A DNA stretch of 64,000 nt, taken from NCBI GenBank assembly GCA_964462795.1, contig CAYWZG010000001.1:3197-67196 (forward strand). Direction: 5' to 3'. The notes beneath the pieces are model-generated. The model searched no databases, had not been told where the DNA came from, and worked only from the letters and a program-made list of their open reading frames with translations. A program made the translations under genes and the position numbers. Position 1 is the stretch's first letter. Every line of letters starts with the position of its first letter. Below, in pieces: positions 47,721 through 57,133 of this stretch. The stretch is from an uncultured Methanotrichaceae archaeon (lineage in GTDB: Archaea > Halobacteriota > Methanosarcinia > Methanotrichales > Methanotrichaceae).

Positions 47721-47988
47721 CCCGAAATACTAGGATCGGACCTGATTTAAAGATGACTGATATCCCAAAAAGGCCAAAACCCCAAAGAGCGTCGGAAACT
47801 TTTGTACCAACGCGCCCGAGACGCTAGTGTCGAAACAGTGCCAAAAATTCGATCGTTCGGATAGTTCGAGATCTGGCGACGATTTTTTGAGTTGCCCGAA
47901 AACGGGATCGTAGCATATCGACGTTCAATATTTTGGGCAAGATCCTTTGGATCATGGACGTTTTCAAACAGAAACTTTGCAAGGCTCG

Positions 47989-49173
47989 TCACAGGTCTTG
48001 GAGGGTATGTTGTACAGGATTTCGTCCTATATTGAGACATTTCCTTGCGGCCTGTTCCACGACCTCTCTTTGGTCTTCAGTGGTGTAGACCCCAAACCTC
48101 CAAGCGGCAAGGTGAGCCTTCTCCATGATGGAGACCAACGGGGACACCGCTCTCAAGGGCCTCGATTCGCTTCCGTCCCATATGGGAACGTTACCCTCCG
48201 CAATTTGGGGTAAGGAGGGGTTATCCACCAGAACGTAGAGCGGATCGACGCCAGCAGCATCTGCGATCTCTTCCGCAATCCGGGTCTCCTTCTCACGAAT
48301 CGGCGTTCCAAGATTCTCTTCGCCGACGTAAATTGCGCGTTTAAAGAGCCTTCGAGACGTTATATTCTCTACAATCTCGGCCGGGTAACCTGTTTCAGAT
48401 TTCATGGCCGCAATCAACCCAATATCGTCCATCGCTCTGATCTTTTCGGGTTTCCATCCTTGCTCTTCGATCATGTAGAATACGCCACTTTGGATCATTC
48501 GCTGAGCGATCCTCGACACGTGGTGAAAATAGACTGTAGGGTACATTAGAAGCCGTGATACTAGAAGCGATTCCGCCGAGTGAACACCGCTGGCCTCCAC
48601 TGCGAGCTGCCCTCTCCTGATGGTCATCTTCTCTATCAACCTCTGATAGTCCACAACTCCATAGGCAACGCCAGTATAGTGAGCATCCCGCAGCAGGTAA
48701 TCCATCCTATCCACGTCGATCTCACCGCTCACCATCTGGCCCAAAGCCGTCTCTCCCTTGATCAACGCCTGGATCCGACTGGAAGAAAGGCCGTGATCCA
48801 AAAGAGCCTCGCCCAGTTCACCGCTCTTGAGCTTATCTGCCACACACTCGTGCTCTTCTCTCAAATACGTGGCGAAAACCGGCTCAGTGGCGTGGGATAA
48901 GGGACCGTGACCCACATCGTGAAGTAGGGCTGCCGCCCGGATCTCACCTTGCTCATCCTCTTCAAGGCCAAGATGATGAGCCAGGAGCCCAGCCAGATGA
49001 AACGCGCCCAGGCTGTGCTCGAACCTGGTATGGTTCGCCCCAGGGTAGACAAGGTTTGCCAGGCCAAGCTGTTTGATCCATCTCAGGCGCTGCATCTGGG
49101 CGGTGTCTACCAGGCTTCGAGCCGTCTCGTCCAGCTTCACGTAACCGTGTATGGGATCTCGGATGGCGGTCAT
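47989..49173 (-). CDS. HD-domain phosphohydrolase (SAMHD1/dGTPase-like dNTP triphosphohydrolase family)
   Basis: IRDPIHGYV, HTRFEHSLGAFHLA, LLHDVGHGPLSH, DVDRMDYLLRDAHYTGV. Confidence 0.8.
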   Translation of the reverse strand: MTAIRDPIHGYVKLDETARSLVDTAQMQRLRWIKQLGLANLVYPGANHTRFEHSLGAFHLAGLLAHHLGLEEDEQGEIRAAALLHDVGHGPLSHATEPVFATYLREEHECVADKLKSGELGEALLDHGLSSSRIQALIKGETALGQMVSGEIDVDRMDYLLRDAHYTGVAYGVVDYQRLIEKMTIRRGQLAVEASGVHSAESLLVSRLLMYPTVYFHHVSRIAQRMIQSGVFYMIEEQGWKPEKIRAMDDIGLIAAMKSETGYPAEIVENITSRRLFKRAIYVGEENLGTPIREKETRIAEEIADAAGVDPLYVLVDNPSLPQIAEGNVPIWDGSESRPLRAVSPLVSIMEKAHLAAWRFGVYTTEDQREVVEQAARKCLNIGRNPVQHTLQDL

Positions 49174-49250
49174 CTGTCACTTAATAGGACCTTGGATCAT
49201 TTACCCTTTGTGTCAAACTTGATTAATATCATCCAAATCAAGAGAAGTAT

Positions 49251-49916
49251 ATGAATTCGAGTCGCATTTGGGCGTTGGTCCTTTTGGCTTCTGTCTCGAT
49301 CGCAGCCTGCTCGGCCGAAGAAGACGTTGAGGTCACCGGTCTGTGGGGCGTCTTTTGTGATCCTCAAGAAGGTGTGATGGGCTTTGAATCAAGCCAGATA
49401 GGAGAATTTGCCATGGTGCTGTATCAAGAAGGGTCTTCCCTCTTTGGAGCCTGCACTGGAGAGAGCCCAGAACCCTGGAACGGCCTTGTCATGGGCGAGA
49501 TTGTGGACGATCAGATTCACCTCGAAGTCTCGATTCTTAACCCAATACTTACCATGGCGGGGTTGAACGGCGAATTTCTGGAGGGGGGCTCTATAGAAGG
49601 CAATTTCGTCTGTTCTGATGAAGAAGGGAACGGATGGCATGGCACCTTTATGGGATGGCTCACCAATCCAGATCCTTCACTCTACGAGCCAGCTTTGGTC
49701 AAGCAGGTTTCGACAGAAGTCTCTCTGATCGTCCCAGTTGCAGTTGCTTTGGTCGAATCTCAGGTGAACTTGAGCGTGTCTCAAGCTATGTCTCAAGATG
49801 CTGAAAAGCTCCAGGAGCTTGAAGCGCTCGTGGCGGAGCCTAGCCAAGAGAAGGCAAAAACAGTTTATCGCATTGACTACACCCACGATACCATTTATCC
49901 AAGACCGGTGATGTGA
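49251..49916 (+). CDS. Secreted or lipid-anchored hypothetical protein (221 aa)
   Basis: Signal peptide with a lipobox-like VSIAACS. Confidence 0.55.
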   Translation: MNSSRIWALVLLASVSIAACSAEEDVEVTGLWGVFCDPQEGVMGFESSQIGEFAMVLYQEGSSLFGACTGESPEPWNGLVMGEIVDDQIHLEVSILNPILTMAGLNGEFLEGGSIEGNFVCSDEEGNGWHGTFMGWLTNPDPSLYEPALVKQVSTEVSLIVPVAVALVESQVNLSVSQAMSQDAEKLQELEALVAEPSQEKAKTVYRIDYTHDTIYPRPVM

Positions 49917-50082
49917 AACGAGCAACAAATTGTGGCGGCTCAAGCGTCGTAGCAATCCTGCGGTTTTCATCACCGCTTTTTTCTTTGATTCCGATAAAAA
50001 TAACATCGCAGCTTGTGAAAAACACACTGTCATAAATGAGCATGCAAATATCTAAATACGTATCGGTCTAATTAAGTGAACT

Positions 50083-50706
50083 ATGAACGAGGCAGAAAAG
50101 CTTGAATTCGAGATTGAAGTTGACGATAAGGGCCTGATCAGGATCACAGATGAAGTGCAAAAAGCCGCAAAGATCGTCCCAGGCAGCATCGTGACAATCA
50201 GGATGAAGATTATCCAGGGCGGTGAGGAAATACCGGAGGGAGTATGCGAGGTCGCGCCAAAAAAGTTCGAATTTACAGACGAGTTAGATGAAGAAGGCTA
50301 CCTCAGAGTTCCCGAGATGGTAAAGAAAGCTGCAGGCATCTCAGCAGGGAGCATTGCAGAGGTCAGCGTAGAGCATGTTTTGGGCAGAGAGGTGAAGTTG
50401 GCGGTTCACAAGTTTGAATTCGTGGATGAAGTCGATGAAGAGGGGCGCCTCAGAGTTCCCGAGATGACGAAGAAGGCGGCTCGCATATCCGCTGGAAATA
50501 TCTTGTCGATCAGGCTCAAACACGTCTTGGAGACTGAGGGCAAGCCTGTAGATCTCCTAGTAGAAAACGTGGACAAGTTCGATTTCGCGAGCAAAGTCGA
50601 CGATGAGGGACGGGTGACCATACCCAAAGATTTGCAGAGATCTATACCCATCGCCTCCGGCAACATCTTGACGGTCAGGGTAGAAAACATCCTGGATAGC
50701 GAGTAG
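50083..50706 (+). CDS. Protein made of four tandem SpoVT/AbrB-like domains
   Basis: The four units are GLIRITDEVQKAAKIVPGSIVTIRMK, GYLRVPEMVKKAAGISAGSIAEVSVE, GRLRVPEMTKKAARISAGNILSIRLK and GRVTIPKDLQRSIPIASGNILTVRVE. Confidence 0.65.
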   Translation: MNEAEKLEFEIEVDDKGLIRITDEVQKAAKIVPGSIVTIRMKIIQGGEEIPEGVCEVAPKKFEFTDELDEEGYLRVPEMVKKAAGISAGSIAEVSVEHVLGREVKLAVHKFEFVDEVDEEGRLRVPEMTKKAARISAGNILSIRLKHVLETEGKPVDLLVENVDKFDFASKVDDEGRVTIPKDLQRSIPIASGNILTVRVENILDSE

Positions 50707-50765
50707 GTCTCAGATCACCCAACCAGGGTCCTTTGAGTTGAAAAAATAACGGGAGAGGGCTGTTT

Positions 50766-52163
50766 TTAATCGCCCTCTATGTCCTGAGCTTTCACAGGCT
50801 CCAGATCGCTGGGCTTGATACATATGCGGTTGCCCAGCACCTCATCCCACTCTTGATATTCCAGGTAAGGATTGTGAGGTATCTCCACATCTAGTCCCAT
50901 GAGGACGGCCATTATCTCCACCTGGTCCGCAAAGGGCATCTTGGATCCGCTGGAGTTTCTGCCGTCCATTATGTTTCGTCTGCAGAAGGGACAGGTACTG
51001 GACATTATCTCTGCGCCCACCTCTTCTCCATCTCTTACTCTTGCCTCGGCACATCCCAAAGCTAGGTCAGCTTGGCCTGCCTTCACGCCACCACCGGCGC
51101 CGCAGCACCTTTGGAGCTCTCTGGAACGCGGCATCTCGACGTACTCCACACCCGGAAATGCTTTGTACACGTCACGGGGTGCCTCAAAAGCCCAATCCTT
51201 TCCAACGTAGTGCAGAAGATGTCTGCCACTGTGACAGGGATCGTGGAAGGTCAACTTCTTGTCCAGTGAATATTTCCACTCCACCTCGCCGTTATCGATC
51301 TTCTCTCTCAGATAGACCGAAAGGGGCACGTTCTTGTAGGGTATGTATCCCTCGTACCAGCGAGGCCAGTCGATGGTGGCAGTCCTGACACAGCCAGCGC
51401 AGGCGTAGAGTACCGTCTCCACTCCTCTGTCTTTGAGAGCGTCGACGTTGTGTACTGCGTGGGCCTTCATTATATCACGCTGGCCGGTCCTTACCAGTAC
51501 CGAAGCGCAGCACCACTCGTCTTCGCCCATCATACAGAAGGGAATGTCAAGCGCGTTCAGTATCCTCACGGTGGCCACGCCCAGAGTCTGTTGCCGGAAA
51601 GCTGCGGTACATCCTGGGAAGTAGGCAATCTTCGCCGATTCCAAGACGTCTGCATCTGGCGGAACGAAACAGAGCCGGTCTTCTTGTTTTCCCTGATAGG
51701 GGTTTCGATTTGCTTCTAGTAGCTTGGGGAAAAAGTTCTGCTTGCCCCAAGGTCCGGTCCCGCGAACAACTAGGTTTGGTCTTATGGCTTCCCAGAGCTC
51801 GACTGTGTTGATGCCAGATTCGCAGACGGTACCGCAGACGCCGCAGGTGGTACACATGTAGGTATCATCCATGAACTGATCGATCTCGTCCTCGTTTAGG
51901 GGCTTGGAACCAAAGAGTTTCGCCCGGAGGCCGTGCTGACTTCCCAGAAGCTCCCTGAACTTGGCGATCTTGTACATGGGAGTTATCTCTGGTCTGTCAT
52001 TGTAAACGTCGTAAGCTGGACACCACTTCATGCACTCTTGGCATCGAGTGCATGCATCCAGCTCCATGAGCTGGGTGGATCTGAGAAATCCTGATAGGAG
52101 TGGCTTTCCCTCAGGGCTGGTTTTTGTTTCCTCTGCCATCTTATTCTCCTCCTCTGTTTGCAA
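50766..52163 (-). CDS. HdrD/DsrK/HmeD-type iron-sulfur oxidoreductase (2 x 4Fe-4S plus two CCG domains)
   Basis: CTRCQECMKWCP and CTTCGVCGTVCE ferredoxin motifs. CCG-type motifs EWCCASV and LQRCCGAGGG. Confidence 0.8.
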   Translation of the reverse strand: MQTEEENKMAEETKTSPEGKPLLSGFLRSTQLMELDACTRCQECMKWCPAYDVYNDRPEITPMYKIAKFRELLGSQHGLRAKLFGSKPLNEDEIDQFMDDTYMCTTCGVCGTVCESGINTVELWEAIRPNLVVRGTGPWGKQNFFPKLLEANRNPYQGKQEDRLCFVPPDADVLESAKIAYFPGCTAAFRQQTLGVATVRILNALDIPFCMMGEDEWCCASVLVRTGQRDIMKAHAVHNVDALKDRGVETVLYACAGCVRTATIDWPRWYEGYIPYKNVPLSVYLREKIDNGEVEWKYSLDKKLTFHDPCHSGRHLLHYVGKDWAFEAPRDVYKAFPGVEYVEMPRSRELQRCCGAGGGVKAGQADLALGCAEARVRDGEEVGAEIMSSTCPFCRRNIMDGRNSSGSKMPFADQVEIMAVLMGLDVEIPHNPYLEYQEWDEVLGNRICIKPSDLEPVKAQDIEGD

Positions 52164-52893
52164 GAATCGTCAGTGGCGCTGCAATTATGTGCATGTACTT
52201 GCTCCAGGGCAAGATTGCAACGAAGAGTGCCAGCGCTAGTATGGTGTGAAGCAAAGAGAAATGAGGTGCATATACGGAGTTCGCAAAGGCGTCACCGACC
52301 AGGAAAGAGTTACCACGCAACCACTCTGCGTAGAATCCAGTTATGGTGATCAAGAACACGCCACCGAGCAGAACGACATCGTATGCTGAGGTGTTGTCCC
52401 TCACCTGCTTGAGGAGGATTCTCCTTGCAACGCCGATGGTAGAACCGACAAGGAGCATGTAACCGAAGATGTCGAAGGGAAGTTCCATGAAGCCTTTTAC
52501 CATCTCTGCTTGGTGAGTGAGACCAAGTAGGTTGAAATGCTCAATAATATCCATGAAAAGGCCCAAGCCTGAGAGTGCTGCTAAAGTTACGAATCCGTAG
52601 AACATGGTCATGTGCATGACCCACCTAACAGGACTCCTTCTCAGGGTTCTTCTGAGAAGCAACACGTCGAGCACAGCGGTCTTTATGAATACCCATATGC
52701 CGTCCTTAAACGCCTCATGAATCCACGTGGCGATGAAGAGCCAAAAGCTGTTGCGCAGCTTATCTTGATAACCAGTAGATCCCATACCCCATTTCTTGAA
52801 ATTGAAATATAGGCCGTAGATCCATATTGCCAATACCGAAATGGTAAGGGCGATCACAATCCAAAAGGTGAGACCAAGTGTGTAAAATGCCAT
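52141..52893 (-). CDS. NarI/HdrE/DsrM-type membrane (putative heme b) subunit
   Basis: About 5-6 TM segments with conserved-looking His in TM helices (WIHEAF, WVMHMTMFYG, LLHTILAL, KYMHIIA). Overlaps the downstream HdrD-like gene by 23 nt. Confidence 0.65.
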   Translation of the reverse strand: MAFYTLGLTFWIVIALTISVLAIWIYGLYFNFKKWGMGSTGYQDKLRNSFWLFIATWIHEAFKDGIWVFIKTAVLDVLLLRRTLRRSPVRWVMHMTMFYGFVTLAALSGLGLFMDIIEHFNLLGLTHQAEMVKGFMELPFDIFGYMLLVGSTIGVARRILLKQVRDNTSAYDVVLLGGVFLITITGFYAEWLRGNSFLVGDAFANSVYAPHFSLLHTILALALFVAILPWSKYMHIIAAPLTILANRGGE

Positions 52894-53470
52894 ATCACGT
52901 CCTCCTTCCTATAGCCACTACCGACTCCTTCCGACCATCCATTTTCATTTGAGAGTAATCTACCAGAGAAACTAATACTTAAACGTTCCCTTCTAGCCTG
53001 TTTTTGCCTCTTGGATAGGGGTTGACAAAGCAGAAAAAGGTGTTCTTAGGGGCCCAGAAGATGATCATTTCCCCCACTTTGTCGTCCAGCGTCTTTTCTC
53101 TCCGCTCCGATCGAAGCTCACGCCTACCGCCGTCAGAAATGATACGTTCGAGTCCAAGAGAGAAATTAGGCAGATGAATCCCAGCTCTAGGTGGGTTATG
53201 AGACCGCCTATTTCGCCAGTCATGCTAGAAAATGTCTTGCCACTGGATACAGGTGGAGCCTGACAGTATCGTAATCGAGCTTCGACCATGAGTATAGAAA
53301 TCAGAGGTTTTAGAGGTCAAGCATCCCCTCTAAGTGCATTATTGTTGACCCCACTCGGTTACGGTCACGTATAATGCACTGGAGGCCCATCTCCAATGCT
53401 GTGGGGGCCAGGCCCCTGCGTCCAGCGATTTCAAGTTTCTTCTCGTCTTAAAATGTGTGCCTTGACAAAA

Positions 53471-53556
53471 ATAAGCACTTTAACGATAAGATCCGACCAA
53501 TTCGGAAACTCGTAAGATTTTCCGAATTGTCCGGAACGTATCGCCAAGCACTATAA
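53471..53556 (+). repeat. Intergenic repeat, module A only, with a different but still complementary inner stem
   Basis: AAGCACTTTAACGATAAG...CAATTCGGAAA-CTCGTAAGAT-TTTCCGAATTG...GTATCGCCAAGCACTATA. Lies 18 nt downstream of the cdhB stop. Confidence 0.8.
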
Positions 53557-53573
53557 AATGAAGAAGTGGTGAT

Positions 53574-54128
53574 CTACTTCTTCAATATTGCGATTACCTC
53601 GTCGACCGCCTCATGGTAGCCATCCTGGTCGAATGCCAGGTTGCCAAAAGTCATGTTGGCGTTGACGTGATAGTACCTGTCGATGGAGATCCTCTTGATA
53701 TCTCTGTTAAAGTTTTTCAGAGCCGAGAACATGGCACTGGAGAACTTATAGAAGATTCCCGCGAAGATTACTACATCGTACTGGCCGTTGCCGTCAAGAC
53801 CATTCCAGTCCTTGAACCGAAGATAGCTGGTCAAGGGCTGAAGCCCGATCATGTGAACGTTGTCGGTGTATCCCCTCTCGATGAACCCTTTGATGGAATG
53901 GGCCGTTGCTGCGATGGGAATGCCCGTCTTGCCGATTTCGATCGCCTTGTCGAACATTTCAGGATCTTCGAAGAACTCTGCTCCGACGACCAAAAGAGGC
54001 CTCTTTGCCTTCTTGATTATAGCGCCAATGACCTTGGTGTTGTAGGTCTTAGCCATCTCGGGCCCTGGAATCTGGGCCATCTCGAAAGGAACTGCATTCT
54101 TGGTAGTGTCGACTGCCATTTCAATCAC
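53574..54128 (-). CDS. cdhB: Acetyl-CoA decarbonylase/synthase complex epsilon subunit
   Basis: 184 aa immediately downstream of cdhA. AQIPGPEMAKTY...KRPLLVVGA pattern. Confidence 0.8.
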   Translation of the reverse strand: MIEMAVDTTKNAVPFEMAQIPGPEMAKTYNTKVIGAIIKKAKRPLLVVGAEFFEDPEMFDKAIEIGKTGIPIAATAHSIKGFIERGYTDNVHMIGLQPLTSYLRFKDWNGLDGNGQYDVVIFAGIFYKFSSAMFSALKNFNRDIKRISIDRYYHVNANMTFGNLAFDQDGYHEAVDEVIAILKK

Positions 54129-54129
54129 C

Positions 54130-56583
54130 TCACTTCTTCACCCTGATCTTCCTTTCGATGTTGGTCGGATCGAAGCTAACATCCGTCTTCCTGATAGGTC
54201 CGGGCTTGTCGCTTCCAGGCTCAGGAACGATGATTGCCTTTCTCTTCCAGTCGATCTCCCAACCGTACTTCTCCTCAAGCTCCTTCATCATGCCTTCCTT
54301 CCATTTGAGCGGAAGTTCAGAGGCGTGTCTCACGTAGAGAGGCCAGTCTGGAGGCATGCAGCCAAAGTACTTCATGCAAATGTCGCAGTAGTGGGTCAGC
54401 TTGATCATTCTGCCCTGGCTGTTGTCACTGGGCCTGAAGCAGAGCTTGGACATCATCAGCATACACTCTTCTACAGACTCGGCAACATAAAGCAGATGCT
54501 CGGGCGCTGGTTCACAGTAGATCCTGGAACCGTCCCTGGCGTCGATGATCTCCCAGTCTTCTTTCTTGTCGACCCTGCCGAGGAACGCTCTTCTGTACAT
54601 CACGCTGTGGGGCTGGCACACTGCTGGTATACCGAGCCTGTTGAAACCGGTCGCAATAGATGCGGCCTTCTGAGACATGGCACCCCAGGCGACACCACAA
54701 GCACCGACTTTACACAAGATGTAGTCAGCGATGTCGTCGTAGTTTCCACGCTCGTTTCTTCCGGCGAAGATTGTGGCCACTTTGATGGCAGCTCCGTGGA
54801 TGTGAGCGTTGGATACGCAAGACCCTATGTTGCAGATGTTTCTGCCGTCGAACCCGCCTGGGAACTGTTCCCAGATGGTCTTGCCCTCTTCATCGGTGTA
54901 AATGGACATGTCCATGGCCATGCAGCCGGTGGTTGTGACGATGTAGCCTCTGTCAACGAACTCACGAGCGATATCGTAGCACTCCTTGGTTCCGTTGGGG
55001 TAATTGGCACAGCCGATAATGGCGATGATTCCAGGAATGGTTCCCAGAACCAAGGGTGCACCCACACGCCTGATCTCTGTGTCTTTCACGGGGCCACGAC
55101 CTGCTCTCATCTTGAACTTGTGGTTCTTGATGAATTCCTGGTTTGCATAGGCGAACATGCTCAGTATGGGTATTTTCTGGGGACAAACATACTCGCATCT
55201 TCTGCATCCAACGCAGATCTCATAGGTGGAGCTGAACGGCTCAAGGTTGCCCTTGGCAGCCTCCTGGACCACGTCACCGATCTTGATGTGGGGCGGACAG
55301 ACGAACTGGCAGGAGTGGCAGTAGGTACAGGATTCTGCGTACTTTTGGAACTCCTCGTCAGAAAGGAACGTATGTGCAGCCTCGTCGGCGCGGTTTGGCT
55401 TGACGCCAATGGCGGTTCTGACGCCGACTTCGCCAGCCTTGATTGGGTCTATGATGGCAACTCCTGGCATCTTGAAGTTGACCAGGTCGTCCACGATCTC
55501 GTCGATGGGATCGTTTGTCCTGTCAGGCAGGCCCAACATGATCTTCTCGTTGGTGGCGATCACGGGAACCTTGCGGGCAGAGCACTCCTCAAGAGCATCG
55601 GTACAGACGCATTGCTCGTCAACCATGACGCAGTCCATGACGCCTGCTCGGACCAGCTTTCTCCACCAGCCCATAGCTCCTGCAACCTTACCTTTGGTTC
55701 CAATCATCCTGTATTTGTCGTTGATCTCTGCGGGATAACCAAGACCCTCACCGATTCTGGTATTGTCGATGGCAGTACAACAGACGCCGCCGATGTCAAC
55801 CTGATTCCAAAGGTCGTTGTCCTCAGTATAGAACATGGCTTCTGCAGAGCCTGCGATGTTGTGACCGTAAGTAATGAGGATGGCCTTGCTCTTGTCCAGG
55901 GTGCCCATGCCGCACTCAACCAAGGGTGCGTCCTCGTCACCACGAGGCATATCATAGGAGATGATCTGGATCATATCTGAGACCTCTTTGCCCAGTGAAT
56001 CCAGCATCCCTGCATGAAGTGCTTTGGACTCGAAGTCCATGTAGTGCCCTTCCTGACCGACGTGAGTAGAAGCCAGAAGCTGAGCCACTTCTTCCTCGAT
56101 GTAGCTCAAGACTGGTCCGAATTCTTTCAGAGTCTTGGGCTTCATGCCGGTTATTGTCCGGGTGAGTGGCGCATCTACCAAAATCTCGTCGCCCATATTG
56201 AAGGGGATATCTCCGAACTTGTCCAGACACCAGTGGTAAAGGTGTCTGCCATGGCCACAGTGAGCAGTACAACCCATCAAGACTGCCAGAAGAACGATTC
56301 TGCCCTGTTGAGCTGCCTGGTTGAGACCACAAGCACCATGCTTGTCACCGGTTAAGTCACAAGGACCGTAGGTACAAAGGGTACACCTGTCACAAATTGG
56401 AGAGTAAAATACTCGATACCTGTTCAGAAGCTTGAAATCCCAGTTTCGAAGGGTGGAGATACTCGGACAGGGATATGGTCCCATGGGCTGATCCCATTCC
56501 TCTGCCTCCTTCACGACATCGCCGATGTTAATCTGGACATTTTGCATGTCCTCGACGGCAAAGCTGCCTTCCATCTTATCCAT
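54130..56583 (-). CDS. cdhA: Acetyl-CoA decarbonylase/synthase complex alpha subunit (Ni-CO dehydrogenase)
   Basis: 817 aa. CDRCTLCTYGPCDL N-terminal cluster motif. Inserted 2 x 4Fe-4S ferredoxin domain (CTYCHSCQFVCPP, CVGCRRCEYVCPQ). GSCVSNAH motif. Confidence 0.9.
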   Translation of the reverse strand: MDKMEGSFAVEDMQNVQINIGDVVKEAEEWDQPMGPYPCPSISTLRNWDFKLLNRYRVFYSPICDRCTLCTYGPCDLTGDKHGACGLNQAAQQGRIVLLAVLMGCTAHCGHGRHLYHWCLDKFGDIPFNMGDEILVDAPLTRTITGMKPKTLKEFGPVLSYIEEEVAQLLASTHVGQEGHYMDFESKALHAGMLDSLGKEVSDMIQIISYDMPRGDEDAPLVECGMGTLDKSKAILITYGHNIAGSAEAMFYTEDNDLWNQVDIGGVCCTAIDNTRIGEGLGYPAEINDKYRMIGTKGKVAGAMGWWRKLVRAGVMDCVMVDEQCVCTDALEECSARKVPVIATNEKIMLGLPDRTNDPIDEIVDDLVNFKMPGVAIIDPIKAGEVGVRTAIGVKPNRADEAAHTFLSDEEFQKYAESCTYCHSCQFVCPPHIKIGDVVQEAAKGNLEPFSSTYEICVGCRRCEYVCPQKIPILSMFAYANQEFIKNHKFKMRAGRGPVKDTEIRRVGAPLVLGTIPGIIAIIGCANYPNGTKECYDIAREFVDRGYIVTTTGCMAMDMSIYTDEEGKTIWEQFPGGFDGRNICNIGSCVSNAHIHGAAIKVATIFAGRNERGNYDDIADYILCKVGACGVAWGAMSQKAASIATGFNRLGIPAVCQPHSVMYRRAFLGRVDKKEDWEIIDARDGSRIYCEPAPEHLLYVAESVEECMLMMSKLCFRPSDNSQGRMIKLTHYCDICMKYFGCMPPDWPLYVRHASELPLKWKEGMMKELEEKYGWEIDWKRKAIIVPEPGSDKPGPIRKTDVSFDPTNIERKIRVKK

Positions 56584-56636
56584 CTTGTCACCTCTTTCTG
56601 GTCAAATATCTGCGCCTGACACTACGTTAATTGCTC

Positions 56637-56644
56637 GATATAAA
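56637..56644 (-). promoter_or_regulatory. Candidate TATA box for cdhAB
   Basis: The minus strand reads AAGGTTTATATCGAGC about 54 nt upstream of the cdhA ATG. AGAGGTGA lies 5-12 nt upstream of the ATG. Confidence 0.3.
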
Positions 56645-57133
56645 CCTTATGGGCTATCTGTCATGATATCCCATGATATATTATCTGTAAAATCCAATTT
56701 TGGCGATTTACATCAAGCTGAAAGATGAAATCGATACGGATCATTTTACAAAAAACGCCACAAAAACCGGAGTTGTTTACGAAGTTCGCATAAAACTCTG
56801 AAGCGATCTTTTTACAAAATAGATGCTAAAATTCGCGACGATACGTGGCATATAATGAACAAATTTTGGGCAAATTGTTCACAAAAGAGATCTAGTCACT
56901 GTTACAGACTAGGGATCTCAGTTCGCGACTGTTTGATATGAGGCGACCAAAGGCTCTCGAATACGCCCAAAAATTGAATGCGACGGCACAAATGACCTAA
57001 ATGATAGACCCAACTAAAATAGGAGGATTAAGTCCCAAAAAGGTGTGATTCCAATTGTTTTCAACATTTTTTGAACATATATGCTATTTTCATCCCATTA
57101 TGTTGTTATGAGGGTCTCACAGACCCCCAACAC

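Noticed and set aside
53613-54146. 177-aa plus-strand ORF
   Set aside because: Antisense shadow of cdhB, with no recognisable features.
54100-55980. 626-aa ORF on the plus strand
   Set aside because: It lies entirely antisense to cdhA, whose product has unmistakable CODH motifs. Its translation is a low-complexity V/D/G/H-rich string with no motifs, a typical shadow ORF of a well-biased gene.
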